Numbered from the stretch's first letter, positions 42,495-56,570 are shown. The stretch is 64,000 bases of DNA from Octopus vulgaris (GCA_951406725.2 OX597841.1:18724001-18788000); one strand, 5' to 3'. Made by a program: numbers and translations. The notes: a model not told the origin generated them from the letters alone.

Positions 42495-42588
<94 letters not shown>

Positions 42589-42612
42589 TTATACATATAT
42601 ATATATAATATA

Positions 42613-43458
42613 CTAGCAGAATTGCCCGGCGTTGCTCGGAGCTGAATTGCTTGAAAGTACTGTTAATGATTGCACTGAATTATGATGATTATTCAGGCAA
42701 ATATTGATATAAGTTTACGGTGGGAGATAAGGACTTAACGATCAAACGTGTGCCATTGCATTGTTTTGGGGGAACCAAATTTCTGATGAGCATTATAGGG
42801 GCACCAACTTTAAGTTTGAGAAAGTGTGGTGGTAGTCCGGGGTGCTCAAAGGAATTGAGTACCTCTATTGGATAGTTGATGACGTCCTCTGGGTCAGGAG
42901 TTGTATCGATAGAATGATATACATAGACTTCCCCAGGAATGAGTTTTAGCATTTCATCATTAATATGGTGAACAGTTTTATTCCTCGGGGCCAGTATAGC
43001 CTTTTTGCCAATCCAATCCATATTCTGATAATTAGCTTGTAGATATGGGAACACTGCATCTCTGAGATCAGAAGGCGTCTTAACAATGGTACAAATGGAA
43101 TCGATGGCAATATTACCATTTTCATCCCCTGGTATTTTGCCTTCGCCAAGTGCAAGGAGGGTGTGAGGAAATGCTGCTGATGTGATATTACGTCGCATAT
43201 GAGCATGCATATTGGTGTGAAGTTTGAGAGTTACTTCCCTTTATTAAAAAAAATATGCATTAAAATGGAAAAAAATTATGGTAAATTATTTGTAAAATCA
43301 TAGACTCATTGTAGACGCGCGCTAATACCCAGAAGGGCTCGATATGAATTACGACTATAAGATACCCGGTTTTGGTTAAACTGCATCGCAAAATGTGGGA
43401 GTAGTTAGGAATCTAAATCGGAGTAGACAGACACACAACCTTTCTTTTAAATATAAAT
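42613..43458 (-). mobile_element. Non-autonomous Helitron with an internal PIF1 fragment (second family)
   Basis: TLLALGEG..KAILAPRNKTVHHIN..GLPPHFLKLKVGAPIMLIRNL..CNGTRL. 3' hairpin and CTAG at 42613-42616. Confidence 0.9.
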
Positions 43459-43459
43459 A

Positions 43460-44130
43460 TTTTCGTCCTAAAAAACTTTGTATGGATTGAATGGTTACCT
43501 CTATGGAAATATATACACGCACATTATACATACATGTGTGTATAGATGAATATATAAATACATTTAAATATCTATATACACTTTTGGGCGATCTTTCTTT
43601 TTCTTAGAGATAACTTTAGATCTTATATTCGTCCTAAAAAACTTTGTATGGAGTGAAAGGTTACCTCTATGGAAATATATACACACACATTATACATACA
43701 TCTGTGTATAGATGAATATATAAATACATTTAAATATCTATATACACTTTTGGGCGATCTTTCTTTTTCTTAGAGATAACTTTAGATCTTATTTTCGTCC
43801 TAAAAAACTTTGTATGGAGTGAATGGTTACCTCTATGGAAATATATACACACACGTTATACATACATGTGTGCATAGATGAATATATAAATACATTTAAA
43901 TATCTATATACACTTTTGGGCGATCTTTCTGCTACTTGTATATACTTTAGATCTTATATTCGTCCTAAAAAACTTTGTATGGAGTGAAAGGTTACCGCTA
44001 TGGAAATATATACACACACATTATACATACATCTGTGTATAGATGAATATATAAATACATTTAAATATCTATATACACTTTTGGGCGATCTTTCTGCTAC
44101 TTGGATATAGGTCTTATATTCGTCGTAAAA
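43460..44130. repeat. ~166-bp tandem repeat, four units
   Basis: tcgtcctaaaaaactttgtatgga recurs at ~43463, 43629, 43795 and 43960. Confidence 0.92.
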
Positions 44131-44604
44131 AACATTCCTGTCACACACTCACGCACACGCACACACACACACACACACACACGCATCCTCTCACACACAC
44201 ACACGCACACACACACTCACACACACGCACACACACACGTTAGCTTACCATTTTATTTATATATTTGCGTGTCTATGTGTGTAAAGAGGAAGTGGGAATG
44301 TAGAGTGAAAGAGTCACTCACTACAGAAAGTGAATTACTTTCACTTTATTCGTTGCCCACTGTGTGTGTGCGTTTGCGTGTGCTGTATCCCACACTAAGA
44401 GAAGCATTTGACTCATACACCACAATGTGAGTTTTCTCTAAATTTTGCTTAATTGGGGTTGAAATTTTAAAAAGTGGACCTGGCAAGACCCGATGCATTC
44501 TACTCTTTAAAATGCTAGGTAAATTGTAATTGAAGAAATCCTATATTGTAGATTTCTATAAGATACAAAGGGAGGCAGATAAAATCTGCCTTTTATAATA
44601 AGAG

Positions 44605-44685
<81 letters not shown>

Positions 44686-45062
44686 GACGGTCTTCTTTGA
44701 GTTTCTGTCTACCAAATCCACTCACAAGGCCCGAGGGCATAGTAGAAGACACTTGCCCAATGTGCCACGCAGTGGGGCTGAACTCAGAACCATATGGTTG
44801 GGAAATAAGCTTCTTACCATATAGCCGCGCCTCTGCCTATATTGGTTGTAATTTTATCACAAGGACAAAAATTAAGGGAGGTAGGGTTATAAGTCGAGGG
44901 GTCAACGGGAACTTATTTTATCGGTCCGTTAGGATTAAAGGCAAAGTCGATTCTGACAGCATTCGAACTTAGAATGTAAAGACAGGCGAAACGCCCGGCC
45001 TTCAATCGTTTCTGCCAGCTCTCCACCCTGGTACACATGCATATAGTCACATCCACAGACGC

Positions 45063-45102
<40 letters not shown>

Positions 45103-45106
<4 letters not shown>

Positions 45107-45695
45107 GGGTGCGGTGAATAAACTGTCGTCTGAACAACGCAAGGATGGAGAGAACCCAGACATCTCGTTTTAACAGATTTACCAAAATTACATAAAAATA
45201 TCTTGAAATACTAAAGAGTAAATTTATTCAATAAAAACACTTTTGGTTTCAACCGAGGCCTCCAGATGACTTTGGAATCTCCGGCATCTCTTCTGGATGG
45301 TCTCCTTGTTTAAGTTGATCAATGCTGCCATAACCCTTGCCTTCACTTCATCTTTGGTGTTACAAGGAGTTTTGTTGGTCTCTCGCTCAACTGTGCCCCA
45401 TACAATAGTTAAGGGGGTTGCAGGCTGGGGAGTTAGGTGGCCAGATGTTAGGGGTGATATGGCTGCAGAAACTGTCTGACAGCCATGACTGGGTTCTCCT
45501 GCTTGTGTGGCATGGTGCAGAGTCCTGTTGCCAGACAGGGTCCTCCAGCAACCACCCCTTTCACCATAGGGCAGGACTACCTCCTTCAGGCACTTGAAGT
45601 AGGCCTGTGTTGAGTCTGAGACCGCGTGGGAAGATGGATGGAGGCACGATGTTGCCATCACTAATGATCACTCCAAACACCATGATGTTGACTGG
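45103..45695 (-). mobile_element. Tc1/mariner-superfamily (maT-like) transposase 3' fragment
   Basis: MVFGVI..., VWQQDSAPCH, WPPNSPACNPLNY and WG.VERET across frameshifts. Confidence 0.85.
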
Positions 45696-45703
45696 ATTTA
45701 TAT

Positions 45704-45765
<62 letters not shown>

Positions 45766-45839
45766 TATATAAACACATAATATATATTTATAATATATAT
45801 ATATATATATACATACACACACACATATATATATATATG

Positions 45840-45880
<41 letters not shown>

Positions 45881-45959
45881 ATATATGTATATATAAAATA
45901 AACTAGAATGAAAAAACTACAGGCGATATGTATTATATGGCTAAAAACAACTGAAGTCA

Positions 45960-46440
45960 CTAAAAAAGATCCTCACAAAGGCAACGTTATTTCCTAAAAT
46001 AACGGACGCAAAATGAAAAAATGCGGTCGACCAAATTGCACAACATGCCCAAACCTTCTAGAAGGATCAAAGAGGGACAAAATGAAAAAATGCGGTCGAC
46101 CAAATTGCACACCATGCCTAAACCTTCTAGAAGGATCAGAAATCCTTTTCAAAGAGGGACAAAAATTCAAAATCAAATTTGACTTTCCTTGTACCTCGGA
46201 AAATCTCATTTATGAGATAAGATATTCGGGCTGCCACCAGAATTACATAGGGTCCACGGGATTATCGCTCAGACGCAAATGCATTCTGCACCGACAGCAG
46301 ATTGCATTCCCAGAATACAGAATGAACCCTTTAGCGAACACACTGACAGACGCGCAAAACAGCTGCTACCACATATCTTTCCATTTTATCAATACGCCAT
46401 TGGAACACCAAGAAAGGTTTAAATAAGGAAACTTACTTAA
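45960..46440 (+). mobile_element. Penelope-like (Neptune-type) Cys-rich linker and GIY-YIG fragment
   Basis: KCGRPNCTTC (tandemly duplicated), CTSENLIYEI..GC..NYIGSTG.SLR....H. Confidence 0.8.
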
Positions 46441-46639
46441 CCATTTCTAACATTTTATTCTATCAAAACCAAATCACGTTGAATTAACAAAACCTAATCA
46501 TTCCCATCATTTTTGATTATCTCCCTTATACCGAAAAAATCCCTGATTAGCCGAAAAATGGCCGCCATTTAAGCGATGTCACTTTTCATATGTGATAGAT
46601 CGAGGTTGCAAAATTCGACTTGTGCATAGGCAATGCTCG

Positions 46640-47580
46640 AAATTTTGGGGGAAGAGGCCAGTCGATTAGATCGACCCCAGTACGCAACTGGTTCTTAATT
46701 TATCGACCCCGAAAGGATGAAAGGCAGAGTTGACCTTGGCAGAATTTGAACTCAGAACGTAAAGACAGGCGAAATAACGCTAAGCATTTTGCCCGACGTG
46801 TTAACGTTTGTAATTTCTTTACTGCCCACAAGGGGCTAAACACAGAGGGGACAAACAAGGACAGACAAACGGATTAAGTCGATTACATCGACCCCAGTGC
46901 GTAACTGGTACTTAATTTATCGACCCCGAATGGATGAAAGGTAAAGTCGACCTCGGTGTAATTTGAACTCAGAACGTAACGGCAGACGAAATACGGCTAC
47001 GCATTTCGCCCGGCGTGCTGACGTTTCTGCCAGTTCCTCGCAGCCTTACCCCATGTCGTTTATATTGTATCAAAACTTTATGTATTTATCTGTAAGGTTA
47101 AGGAAATTGTTAAAAACTGAAAACCCATCAGTGACTTTTGGGACACCCTGGACTTATTTTCTTCCATTTTCTTTTACTTGTTTCAGTCATTTGACTACGG
47201 CCATGCTGGGGCACCGCCTTTAGTCGAATCAAAACGACCCCAGGACTTATTCTCTGTAAGCCTTGTACTTATTCTATCGGTTTCTTATGCCGAACCGCTA
47301 AGTTATGGCGGGGGCCTAAACACACCAGCATCGGTTGTCAAGCGAAATTGGGGGACAAACACAGATACACAACATACACACACACACATATATATATATA
47401 CATATATACGACGGGCTTCTCTCAGTTTCCGTCTACCAAATCTACTCACAAGGCTTTGGTCGGCCCGAGGATATAATGATATAATAGAAGACACTTTTCC
47501 AAGATGTCACGCAGTGGGACTGAACCCAGAACCATATGGTTGGTAAGCAAGCTACTTACCACACAGCCACTCCTGCGCCT
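46640..47580 (-). mobile_element. SINE family B copies followed by SINE family A
   Basis: Reverse complements of the family sequences. Confidence 0.85.
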
Positions 47581-47878
47581 ATATTAACCTATATACATGC
47601 AAACTTACACATACATATACATACATATTCACCGATACTGATACACACACACATGTGTGTGTGTGTATACATGAGGTGGTGGGGGATGAAAATTTCCTGG
47701 CTTTAAGGGTATCACGAAAGGGGCCTGCTTGGGGTCCCAACCTTCTGAGTTCTTTTACAGGGCTTAGAAAAAAATGAAGGACAGTCGCAATAAATCTCTG
47801 AATCTGTGAGGGGGGATATGTGTGTATACATACATACATACATACATACATACATACATACATACATACATACATACA

Positions 47879-47910
<32 letters not shown>

Positions 47911-48141
47911 AGGCGGCGAGCTGGCAGAAACGTTCTCACGCCGGGCGAAATGCGTAACCGTATTTCGTCTGCCGTTACGTTCTGAGTTCAAATTCCGCCG
48001 AGGTCGACTTTGCTTTTCATCCTTTCGGGGTCGATAAATTAAGTACCAGTTACGCACTGGGGTCGATGTAATCGACTTGATCCCTTTGTCTGTCCTTGTT
48101 TGTCCGCTCTGTGTTTAGCCCCTTGTGGGTAGTAAAGAAAT
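47911..48141 (+). mobile_element. SINE family B
   Basis: Matches 41120-41350. Confidence 0.88.
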
Positions 48142-48213
48142 ATATATATGTATGTATAGATAGATAGATAGATAGATAAATAGATAAATAGGTATGTATA
48201 TGTGAAGGCGCAT

Positions 48214-48253
<40 letters not shown>

Positions 48254-48257
48254 CCTG

Positions 48258-48589
48258 CCGAGACCCCTTTCGGTCATGACTGATCATGGTATTGCACCTA
48301 GAAAGTTACCCTCCTAGTCACAAGTCTGGGCAAGGTAGTTTTATGGAAGACCAGCAGTCGCCCATGCATGCCAGCCTCCCCTCTCCACGCCACCGATGTT
48401 ATCCAAGGGAAAGACAAAGGTCGATACAGCTTGGCACCCGTGACATCGCAACTAATTTCTACAGCTGAGTGAACTGGAGTAACGTGAAATAAAGTGTCTT
48501 GCTCAAGAACACAACACGCAGCCCGGTCCGGGATTCGAACTGACAACCTCGCGATCGTAAGCTCTAACCACTGAGCCACGCGCCTTCAC
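48258..48589 (-). mobile_element. tRNA-derived SINE family D
   Basis: Head gaaggcgcgTGGCTCAGTGGttagagc...GTTCGAATCCc on the minus strand. Confidence 0.85.
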
Positions 48590-48591
48590 AT

Positions 48592-48628
<37 letters not shown>

Positions 48629-48649
48629 CATTTACACACACACACACAC

Positions 48650-48684
<35 letters not shown>

Positions 48685-48751
48685 TATATATATATATATA
48701 TCTGATGGTTGATGATTGATTTAGGTATGTTTCTCCATTTTCTCATTTTGT

Positions 48752-48868
<117 letters not shown>

Positions 48869-48965
48869 CAGCAATACGTCGCCATATCGCAGTTCACCTA
48901 TTGCGGTTCACCTATTGCGGTTCACCTATCGCGGTTCATCTGTCGCGGTTCACTTATCGCGGTTT
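48869..48965 (+). mobile_element. pogo/Tigger-like terminal fragment with 14-bp tandem subrepeats
   Basis: TA|CAGCAATACGTCGCCATATCGC followed by about five (gcggttcacctaty) units. Confidence 0.5.
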
Positions 48966-49069
48966 ATTATGTAAGCTTGCGTCGATTCCTCTGTGCTGTT
49001 GTTCTGTATAAATAATTAAAAAAATATATACAAATTATAAAAGATAATAGAAAAAAATATAGAGTATAT

Positions 49070-49522
49070 AGGCGCAGGAGTGGCTGTGTGGTAAGTAGCT
49101 TGCTAACCAACCACATGGTTCCGGGTTCAGTCCCACTGCATGGCATCTTGGGCAAGTGTCTTCTGCTATAGCCCCGGACCGACCAAAGCCTTGTGAGTAG
49201 ATTTGGTAGACGGAAACTGAAAGAAGCTTGTCGTATATATGTATATATATATATGTATGTGTGTGTGTGTTTTTCTGTGTTTCTCCCTCTAGCATTGCTT
49301 GACAACCGATTCTGGTGTGTTTACGCCCCCGTCCCTTAGCGGTTCGGCAGAAGAGACCAATAGAATAAATACTAGACTTACAAAAAATAAGTCCCGGGGT
49401 CGATTTACTCGACTAAAGGCGGTGCTCCAGCATGGCCGCAGTCAAATGACTGAAACAAGTAAAAGAGTATATATATATATATACTCACCAGCATCGGTTG
49501 TCAAGCAATGCTAGGGTGACAA

Positions 49523-49556
<34 letters not shown>

Positions 49557-50129
49557 TTATACATATATACGACAGGCTTCTTTCAGTTTCCGTCTACCAA
49601 ATCCACTCACAAGGCTTTGGTCGGCCCGGGGCTATAGCAGAAGACACTTGCCCAAGATGCCACGCAGTGGGACTGAACCCGGAACCAAGAGGTTGGTTAG
49701 CAAGATATATATACTACATGTATATATATATATATATACTCTTTTACTTGTTTCAGTCATTTGGCTGCGGCTATGCTGGAGCACCGCCTCTAGTCGAGCA
49801 AATCGACCCCGGGACTTATTCTTTGTAAGCCCAATACTTATTCTATCGGTCTCTTTTGCCGAACCGCTAGGTGACGGGGACGTAAACACACCAGAATCGG
49901 TTGTCAAACAATGACAAACACAGACACACAAACACATACACACATATATATATATATGTACATATATACGACAGGCTTCTTTCAGTTTCCGTCTACCAAA
50001 TCCACTCACAAGGCATTGGTAGGCCCGGGGCTATAGCAGAAGACACTTGCCCAAGATGCCACGCAGTGGGACTGAACCCGCAACCAAGTGGTTTGTTAGC
50101 AAGCTACTTACCACACACCCACTCCTGCG

Positions 50130-50132
<3 letters not shown>
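49070..50132. mobile_element. Cluster of SINE family A copies (+ 49070-49470; - 49486-49705; - 49738-50132)
   Basis: Direct sequence similarity. Confidence 0.88.
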
Positions 50133-50191
<59 letters not shown>

Positions 50192-50254
50192 GGTGCCCCA
50201 GCATGGCCACAGCTCATAAGCTGAAACTGGAATCAATCAATCAATCAATATATA

Positions 50255-51482
50255 TACTAAGTAATTAAGGGTTTAGCAACGAATTGCCTCACCAACACAC
50301 CGAATTTAGAAATAGCAGTCAAAGAGATATAGCTATTCCTTCTACTAAAAGGGGGATCTCAGTAAAAACACAGCACTTGAAAGGCAAACACAGACAGGTA
50401 AGAAAGAAAGAATGAAATGACGGCAATCTATCATACAATTTTAAGTTACCTACGGACGTACGTTTCGAGATCAAGTTTTAGGAGAGCATAAGAATTAGAA
50501 AATTCTACTTTACCCAAACTTCTTCTCTCATCGGCGCAGGATACTACAATTATGAATAATTGTATATTAAATTTTGAGATACTAGAAGGCATCATCTCAA
50601 CTCAGTGTCAGAGCGAGCCAAAGCATGACCAGTACCACGAAATTCAAAGTTTGAATGAAAGTTTGTGTCACCAGCCCCCTTCCACCCGCGTGTAGCCAAG
50701 ACAAAATGCTGCGGTCACTTACTGGGATAAAATATGGTTATCAGTAATAATAAAGGGTGAAATTAATTAATTAGGAATAATTATCAATTACACCAAGTAG
50801 ATTTCGGCATGTAAAAGCCCCATTCGAGGAAAATTTAAGTAATACTAAGTAATTAAGGGTTTAGCAACGAATTGCCTCACCAACACACCGAATTTAGAAA
50901 TAGCAGTCAAAGAGATATAGCTATTCCTTCTACTAAAAGAGGGATCACGCGGGTGGAAGGGGGCTGGTGACACAAACTTTCATTCAAACTTTGAATTTCG
51001 TGGTACTGGTCATGCTTTGGCTCGCTCTGACACTGAGTTGAGATGATGCCTTCTAGTATCTCAAAATTTAATATACAATTATTCATAATTGTAGTATCCT
51101 GCGCCGATGAGAGAAGAAGTTTGGGTAAAGTAGAATTTTCTAATTCTTATGCTCTCCTAAAACTTGATCTCGAAACGTACGTCCGTAGGTAACTTAAAAT
51201 TGTATGATAGATTGCCGTCATTTCATTCTTTCTTTCTTACCTGTCTGTGTTTGCCTTTCAAGTGCTGTGTTTTTACTGAGATCCCCCTTTTAGTAGAAGG
51301 AATAGCTATATCTCTTTGACTGCTATTTCTAAATTCGGTGTGTTGGTGAGGCAATTCGTTGCTAAACCCTTAATTACTTAGTATTACTTAAATTTTCCTC
51401 GAATGGGGCTTTTACATGCCGAAATCTACTTGGTGTAATTGATAATTATTCCTAATTAATTAATTTCACCCTTTATTATTAC

Positions 51483-51483
<1 letters not shown>
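50255..51483. mobile_element. Penelope-type terminal repeat as a partial tandem plus inverted copy (fold-back)
   Basis: 50946-51483 is the reverse complement of 50255-50692 plus 50742-50842. 50841-50946 repeats 50255-50358. Confidence 0.9.
51098..51189 (+). ncRNA. Type-I hammerhead motif with CCGA core (mirror copy at 50449-50540, minus strand)
   Basis: cctgcg-CCGATGA-gaga..aagttt...aaactt..tctc-GAAAC-gtac-GTC-cgtagg. Confidence 0.75.
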
Positions 51484-51517
<34 letters not shown>

Positions 51518-52814
51518 GATTTATCGTTCATAGCTCAAAATGGGGAGTAGATAGACAGCTGACAACTGATGAAGGGTCGTTCTTTATGTTACTTATCCTG
51601 TTTTCTATTTGTTTCTCTCGTTGTTTGCGCATTTCTTGCTTACTTTTGGTGACGTCCGGCACCCCGCACCCATATATGCATATGTATACACACGCGCGCT
51701 CGTACACACACATATATATATGTGTGTGTGGTTTGTTTACGAGCTCGAACCTGCCACTTGCATATTCGAGCTGCTAACCACATTGCATTTATGCACCTCA
51801 CTGCCTAACGCTCCCACCTTGTCGTTTACTTACGGTCAGCCGCCGATTAGCGCCACCTACCAGCCGACGTACAACCACTGGTATAGCATAAGAGAGATTA
51901 TCTCAGCTCGCAGCGCCACCGTCCAGTTTCTGACAGAATGCTTGAATCTCACATTGTGGATAGGTGGCGTTGCGAGAAGATTTACGTGTATTTACACCAT
52001 TTGTCTGCAGCGAGAAATTTTCTCCATGGCAAAACATCGAATGGTTTGTTTATAAGTTCGACTTGCCACTAGAGGATTCGAACTCGTTATAACACTGCAC
52101 GAATGCCAATATGGGTCACAGGCTCAGGGATGTTGGAACCGAATGATCTTAAGTGCAAATAAAAGCCCCCCCCCAAATGCCCAATGCCATTCCTTGCCTA
52201 TCTGGTTTCGTCTCCGAGTCACTTTCTCCTTGAGACACCCATCAGCAAAAACTGGTGGGTACCACACTTCCAGTGGTCTTTCAGCACATCGGACCCCAAC
52301 CCAGAATTTCTGAGGATCTCAACACAGCACATTCGTCCTTTGGAAAGGTCTTGTTTTCAGTCTTACTGGGTATCTAGCAACCCTCCCTCACCAGGCAAGT
52401 CCTGTGAGCTGCCGGTTTAGTTGCCAATGATGCGACCACACAACATGTACTGGATTCCATGTTACATGTAGCATTCATGTGGGACCTCACAGGAGTGCTG
52501 ACATACGCATATAGATCTACATAATATATTTAGAATAATACATGTTTACTATGGACTTCTGGTAAGACACGCACAAAGATACACAGTGACCGACCAGAGC
52601 ACCAGCCCCATACGTATAAAGATATGCCCCACCGACTTCGTTTCCTCATTACTTTCGGAAAAATGGATATTTTTTTAATGAAATTTCCGACGAATATTCT
52701 CCAGATGGTGTTGATTCCGATTAAAGCAGAAATTGTTTTGAAACAATATATAATGTATGTCAGTATGTCTGTGTGCGTGTTCACCTTTTTTTTTCATATT
52801 TCATATTTCATTCC

Positions 52815-52980
52815 GAGGAGTGGCTGTGTGGTAAGTAGCTTGCTTACGAATCACATGATTCTGGGTTCAGTCCACTGCGTGGCACATTGGGCAAGTGTCT
52901 TCTACTATAGCCTCGGGCCGACGAAAGCCTTGTGAGTGGATTTGGTAGACGGAAACTGAAAGAAGCCCGTCGTATATATG

Positions 52981-53042
<62 letters not shown>

Positions 53043-53225
53043 TTTGTCTCCCCAACATCGCTTGATAACCATGCTGGTGTTTTAAGTCCGCTTTACATAG
53101 CGCTTCGGCAAAAGATACCAATAGAATAAGTACTAGGCTTACAAAGGATAAGTCCTGGGGTCGATTTGCTCGACTAAAGGTGGTGCTCCAGCATGGCTAC
53201 AGTAAAATGACTGAAACAAATAAAA
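52815..53225 (+). mobile_element. SINE family A
   Basis: Direct similarity. Confidence 0.87.
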
Positions 53226-53950
53226 GCGTGTATAATTGTAATATATACACTCTGAAATGTATTTGTCGAAATTTTCATTCAGAAATACCAATGTATGCAA
53301 CAATATTTAATTATGCAACTGCATGTTATATATAAACAAAGAATATACTTCTTTCGTTCGGTTTGCATAAAAAGGGTGACAATACTGTGAATGAGATGGG
53401 TTCAGTAAATAGGATAACAATATTTACGATTATATTGTGTTTAGCAACGAATGCTAACCGCATAAAAATGCCTAGGAGTGTGTATATGCATATATTATAA
53501 AGTTCATTGGCAATAATTAGGTAGTAATTTTTCATTGCTTTATAAACGGATAATTACATTTCATCTTCTTACAGGCTTACGTTTTCCATTATTGCTGTCC
53601 GAGCTTCATTCTTGCTGTATGTCTTGCCAGCATTCTTCCTACGTGAATGCCTCATGACACAATGATATCAAACCAATATAAAACACGCTACCTTGAAGAT
53701 AGCGTGTTCGTACTTGTATATACACAAATATGCGTATACGTATACATACACATATACGTATAAATATACATTTATACTCGTGCATTATATATATATGCAC
53801 ATATACAGATATATTTACACGTATATAATACATACACACATTTATATTTAAATATATCAATACGCACATATATATATATAACAAAATGTACATTTAAAAA
53901 TGTGTTTTTATGTGCATGTATATTTATGTGTGTGTGTGTGTATGTATGTA

Positions 53951-54020
<70 letters not shown>

Positions 54021-54470
54021 TTTGTGTTTCTCCGCAACCGCTGCTTAACAACCGGTGTTCGTGTGTTTACGTTTTTCCAACTTAGTCATTTGGCAAAAAG
54101 AAACCGACGGAATTAGTAGCAAGCTTAAAACTAAACACTGCACATATATATACGCCTGCATGTATGGGCACTTAATGGACTGGGCCCTTGGTGGTGCTAA
54201 CTGAAACAAAATATAACAACAAGCGTGTTTGTGTGTATGTGTATATATATGTGTGTCTGTGTGTGCGTGCGTGCATTTATACATATACATGTGTGTATGT
54301 ATATGTATATATATATACACACATATAGACACGCACACACACGCACGCACACATACACACACACACACACACACACATATATAGGTATAGCTTGACAGAT
54401 GGACACACATACATATATACACACACACTAACTCTCTATATATATAACAACAAGCATAGTTGAGTGCATG

Positions 54471-54535
<65 letters not shown>

Positions 54536-54693
54536 CATGTGTATATATTTATACGTATACATGTATCTATAAACACACACAGATGCACACACATATATAC
54601 ATATATATGGGTATAGATTGATAGATAGATGAACAGACACACATACTTTCTCTCTCTCTCTCTCTCTCTCTCTATTTATATATTGATATATAT

Positions 54694-54751
<58 letters not shown>

Positions 54752-55305
54752 ATAACTCGCTCGCGTGTGACTTTAAATGCCTTGCAATTACAGCGAAAAT
54801 ATTTTTTTTGTGCGATTGCGTTTAGCAGAGAGCTCAAAAGAGATGAAATGCCGGCATTAGGACAATCAAATCTAATAACATGTCATTACCTTAGATGAAA
54901 CGAACAGTTGAGAATGTATGGCTCTGTCTTTGTACGTATCCATGCATATGTATAACGTGTTGGTATGTATATGTGTTTGCCTATATATATATGTATGCAC
55001 CTACATGCTTATGTATGTATATATAGCCGCAGGAGTGGCTGTGTGGTAAGTAACTTGCTAACCAACCACACGGTTCCAGGTTCAGTCCCACTGCGTGGCA
55101 TCTTGGGCAAGTGTCTTCTGCTATAGCGATGTATGTGTGTCTCGCGTACACGCTTTTGTATGTGCATATATCTATGTGTATGTATTAACGTATGTTTATG
55201 CTTATGTGTACGCCTGCATGTATGTATATGTGTGTGCACGTATATGTACGTATATATGTAAATATGTATGTACATACATAAATATATAGATATATGTATA
55301 AATAC

Positions 55306-55358
<53 letters not shown>

Positions 55359-55359
<1 letters not shown>

Positions 55360-56163
55360 TAGCAGCATAGCCCGGCGTTGCCCGGGTATGTAAGAGCCCC
55401 TAGTAGGCAACGACTAATCCCAATCTACTCCTTTCCCTCTAGGGAACGAAGGCGCATGTGTAGGTTGCAATGTTTTCTCTTCACTCGAATACTTCTGTGT
55501 ATACGATGTTCCTAGCTGTCCCTTTGGGCGAAAACATGAAAACATCATTGCACCTCCCAACGCGTGAACAGCCCACGTAGAGTTGACCATGGGCGAAGCA
55601 CTGTTCGCCCAAGCGTAACCCAGCGACTTGTAGCGTTTGGCCTTGGGATTTATTGATGGACATTGCGAAGCAGAGTTTAACAGGAAACTGAGAACGCCTG
55701 AAGTGGATTGGTAGGTCAGCGCCCGACGGTTGAAGGCGCATGCGTGGAATGAAGACGTCCTCTCCCTTCTCACAACCGGTAAGTATTGTGGCCGTTATTA
55801 AATGTGGTGGCAAATGTTTCACAACCAGACGTGTGCCGTTGCACTTTTAAGGTGGAACCAAATTCCTGATGAGCATAATGGGCGCACCGACTTTTAACTT
55901 CAGGATGTGTGGCGGCAGGCCTGGCGGTTCAAGTGAATTCAGGAATTCAACAGGATAATCGGCAAGCTCGGCGGGATCTGCTGTCCTATCAATAGATTTG
56001 TAGACGTGGACATCACCAGGAATAGATTCAAGTAGCTGGATATTGATGGAGTTGAGAGTTAAAAAGGTCGAGTTGCGTCCCCTAGACAGTCTGTGGTTTG
56101 TGTTTCTGATTCTCGACCCTATGTCGAATTTATCGATTTTTTCAGAACTGGATGAACTTTTCA
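55359..56163 (-). mobile_element. Helitron PIF1-fragment element, same family as 22190-23120
   Basis: Near-identical over ~790 bp. CTAG at 55359-55362. Confidence 0.92.
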
Positions 56164-56174
56164 TCCAGACAAAC

Positions 56175-56341
56175 TGCCATGCTGGAGCACCACCTTTCGA
56201 CCCCAGGACTTATTCTTTGTAAGCCCAGTACTTATTCTATCGGTCTCTTTTGCCGAACCGCTACGTGACGAGGACGTAAACACACCAGCATCGGTTGTCA
56301 AACAATGCTAGGGGGACAAACACAGACACAAACATATACAG

Positions 56342-56396
<55 letters not shown>

Positions 56397-56570
56397 CATA
56401 TATTCGACAGGCTTCTTTCAGTTTCTGTCTACCAAATCCACTCACAAGGCATTGGTCGGCCTGAGGCTATAGCAGAAGATACTTGCTCAAGATGCCACGC
56501 AGTGGGACTGAACCCGGAATAATGTGGTTAGTAAACAAGCTACTTACCACACAGCCACTCCTATGCCTAT
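56175..56570 (-). mobile_element. SINE family A
   Basis: Direct similarity. Confidence 0.87.

Noticed and set aside
43460-44130. CRISPR-like array (also 48890-48965)
   Set aside because: Whole units repeat with no unique spacers, in a eukaryotic context without cas genes.
53578-53645. Short minus-strand exon ending in GTAAGC
   Set aside because: Weak acceptor and too short to support.
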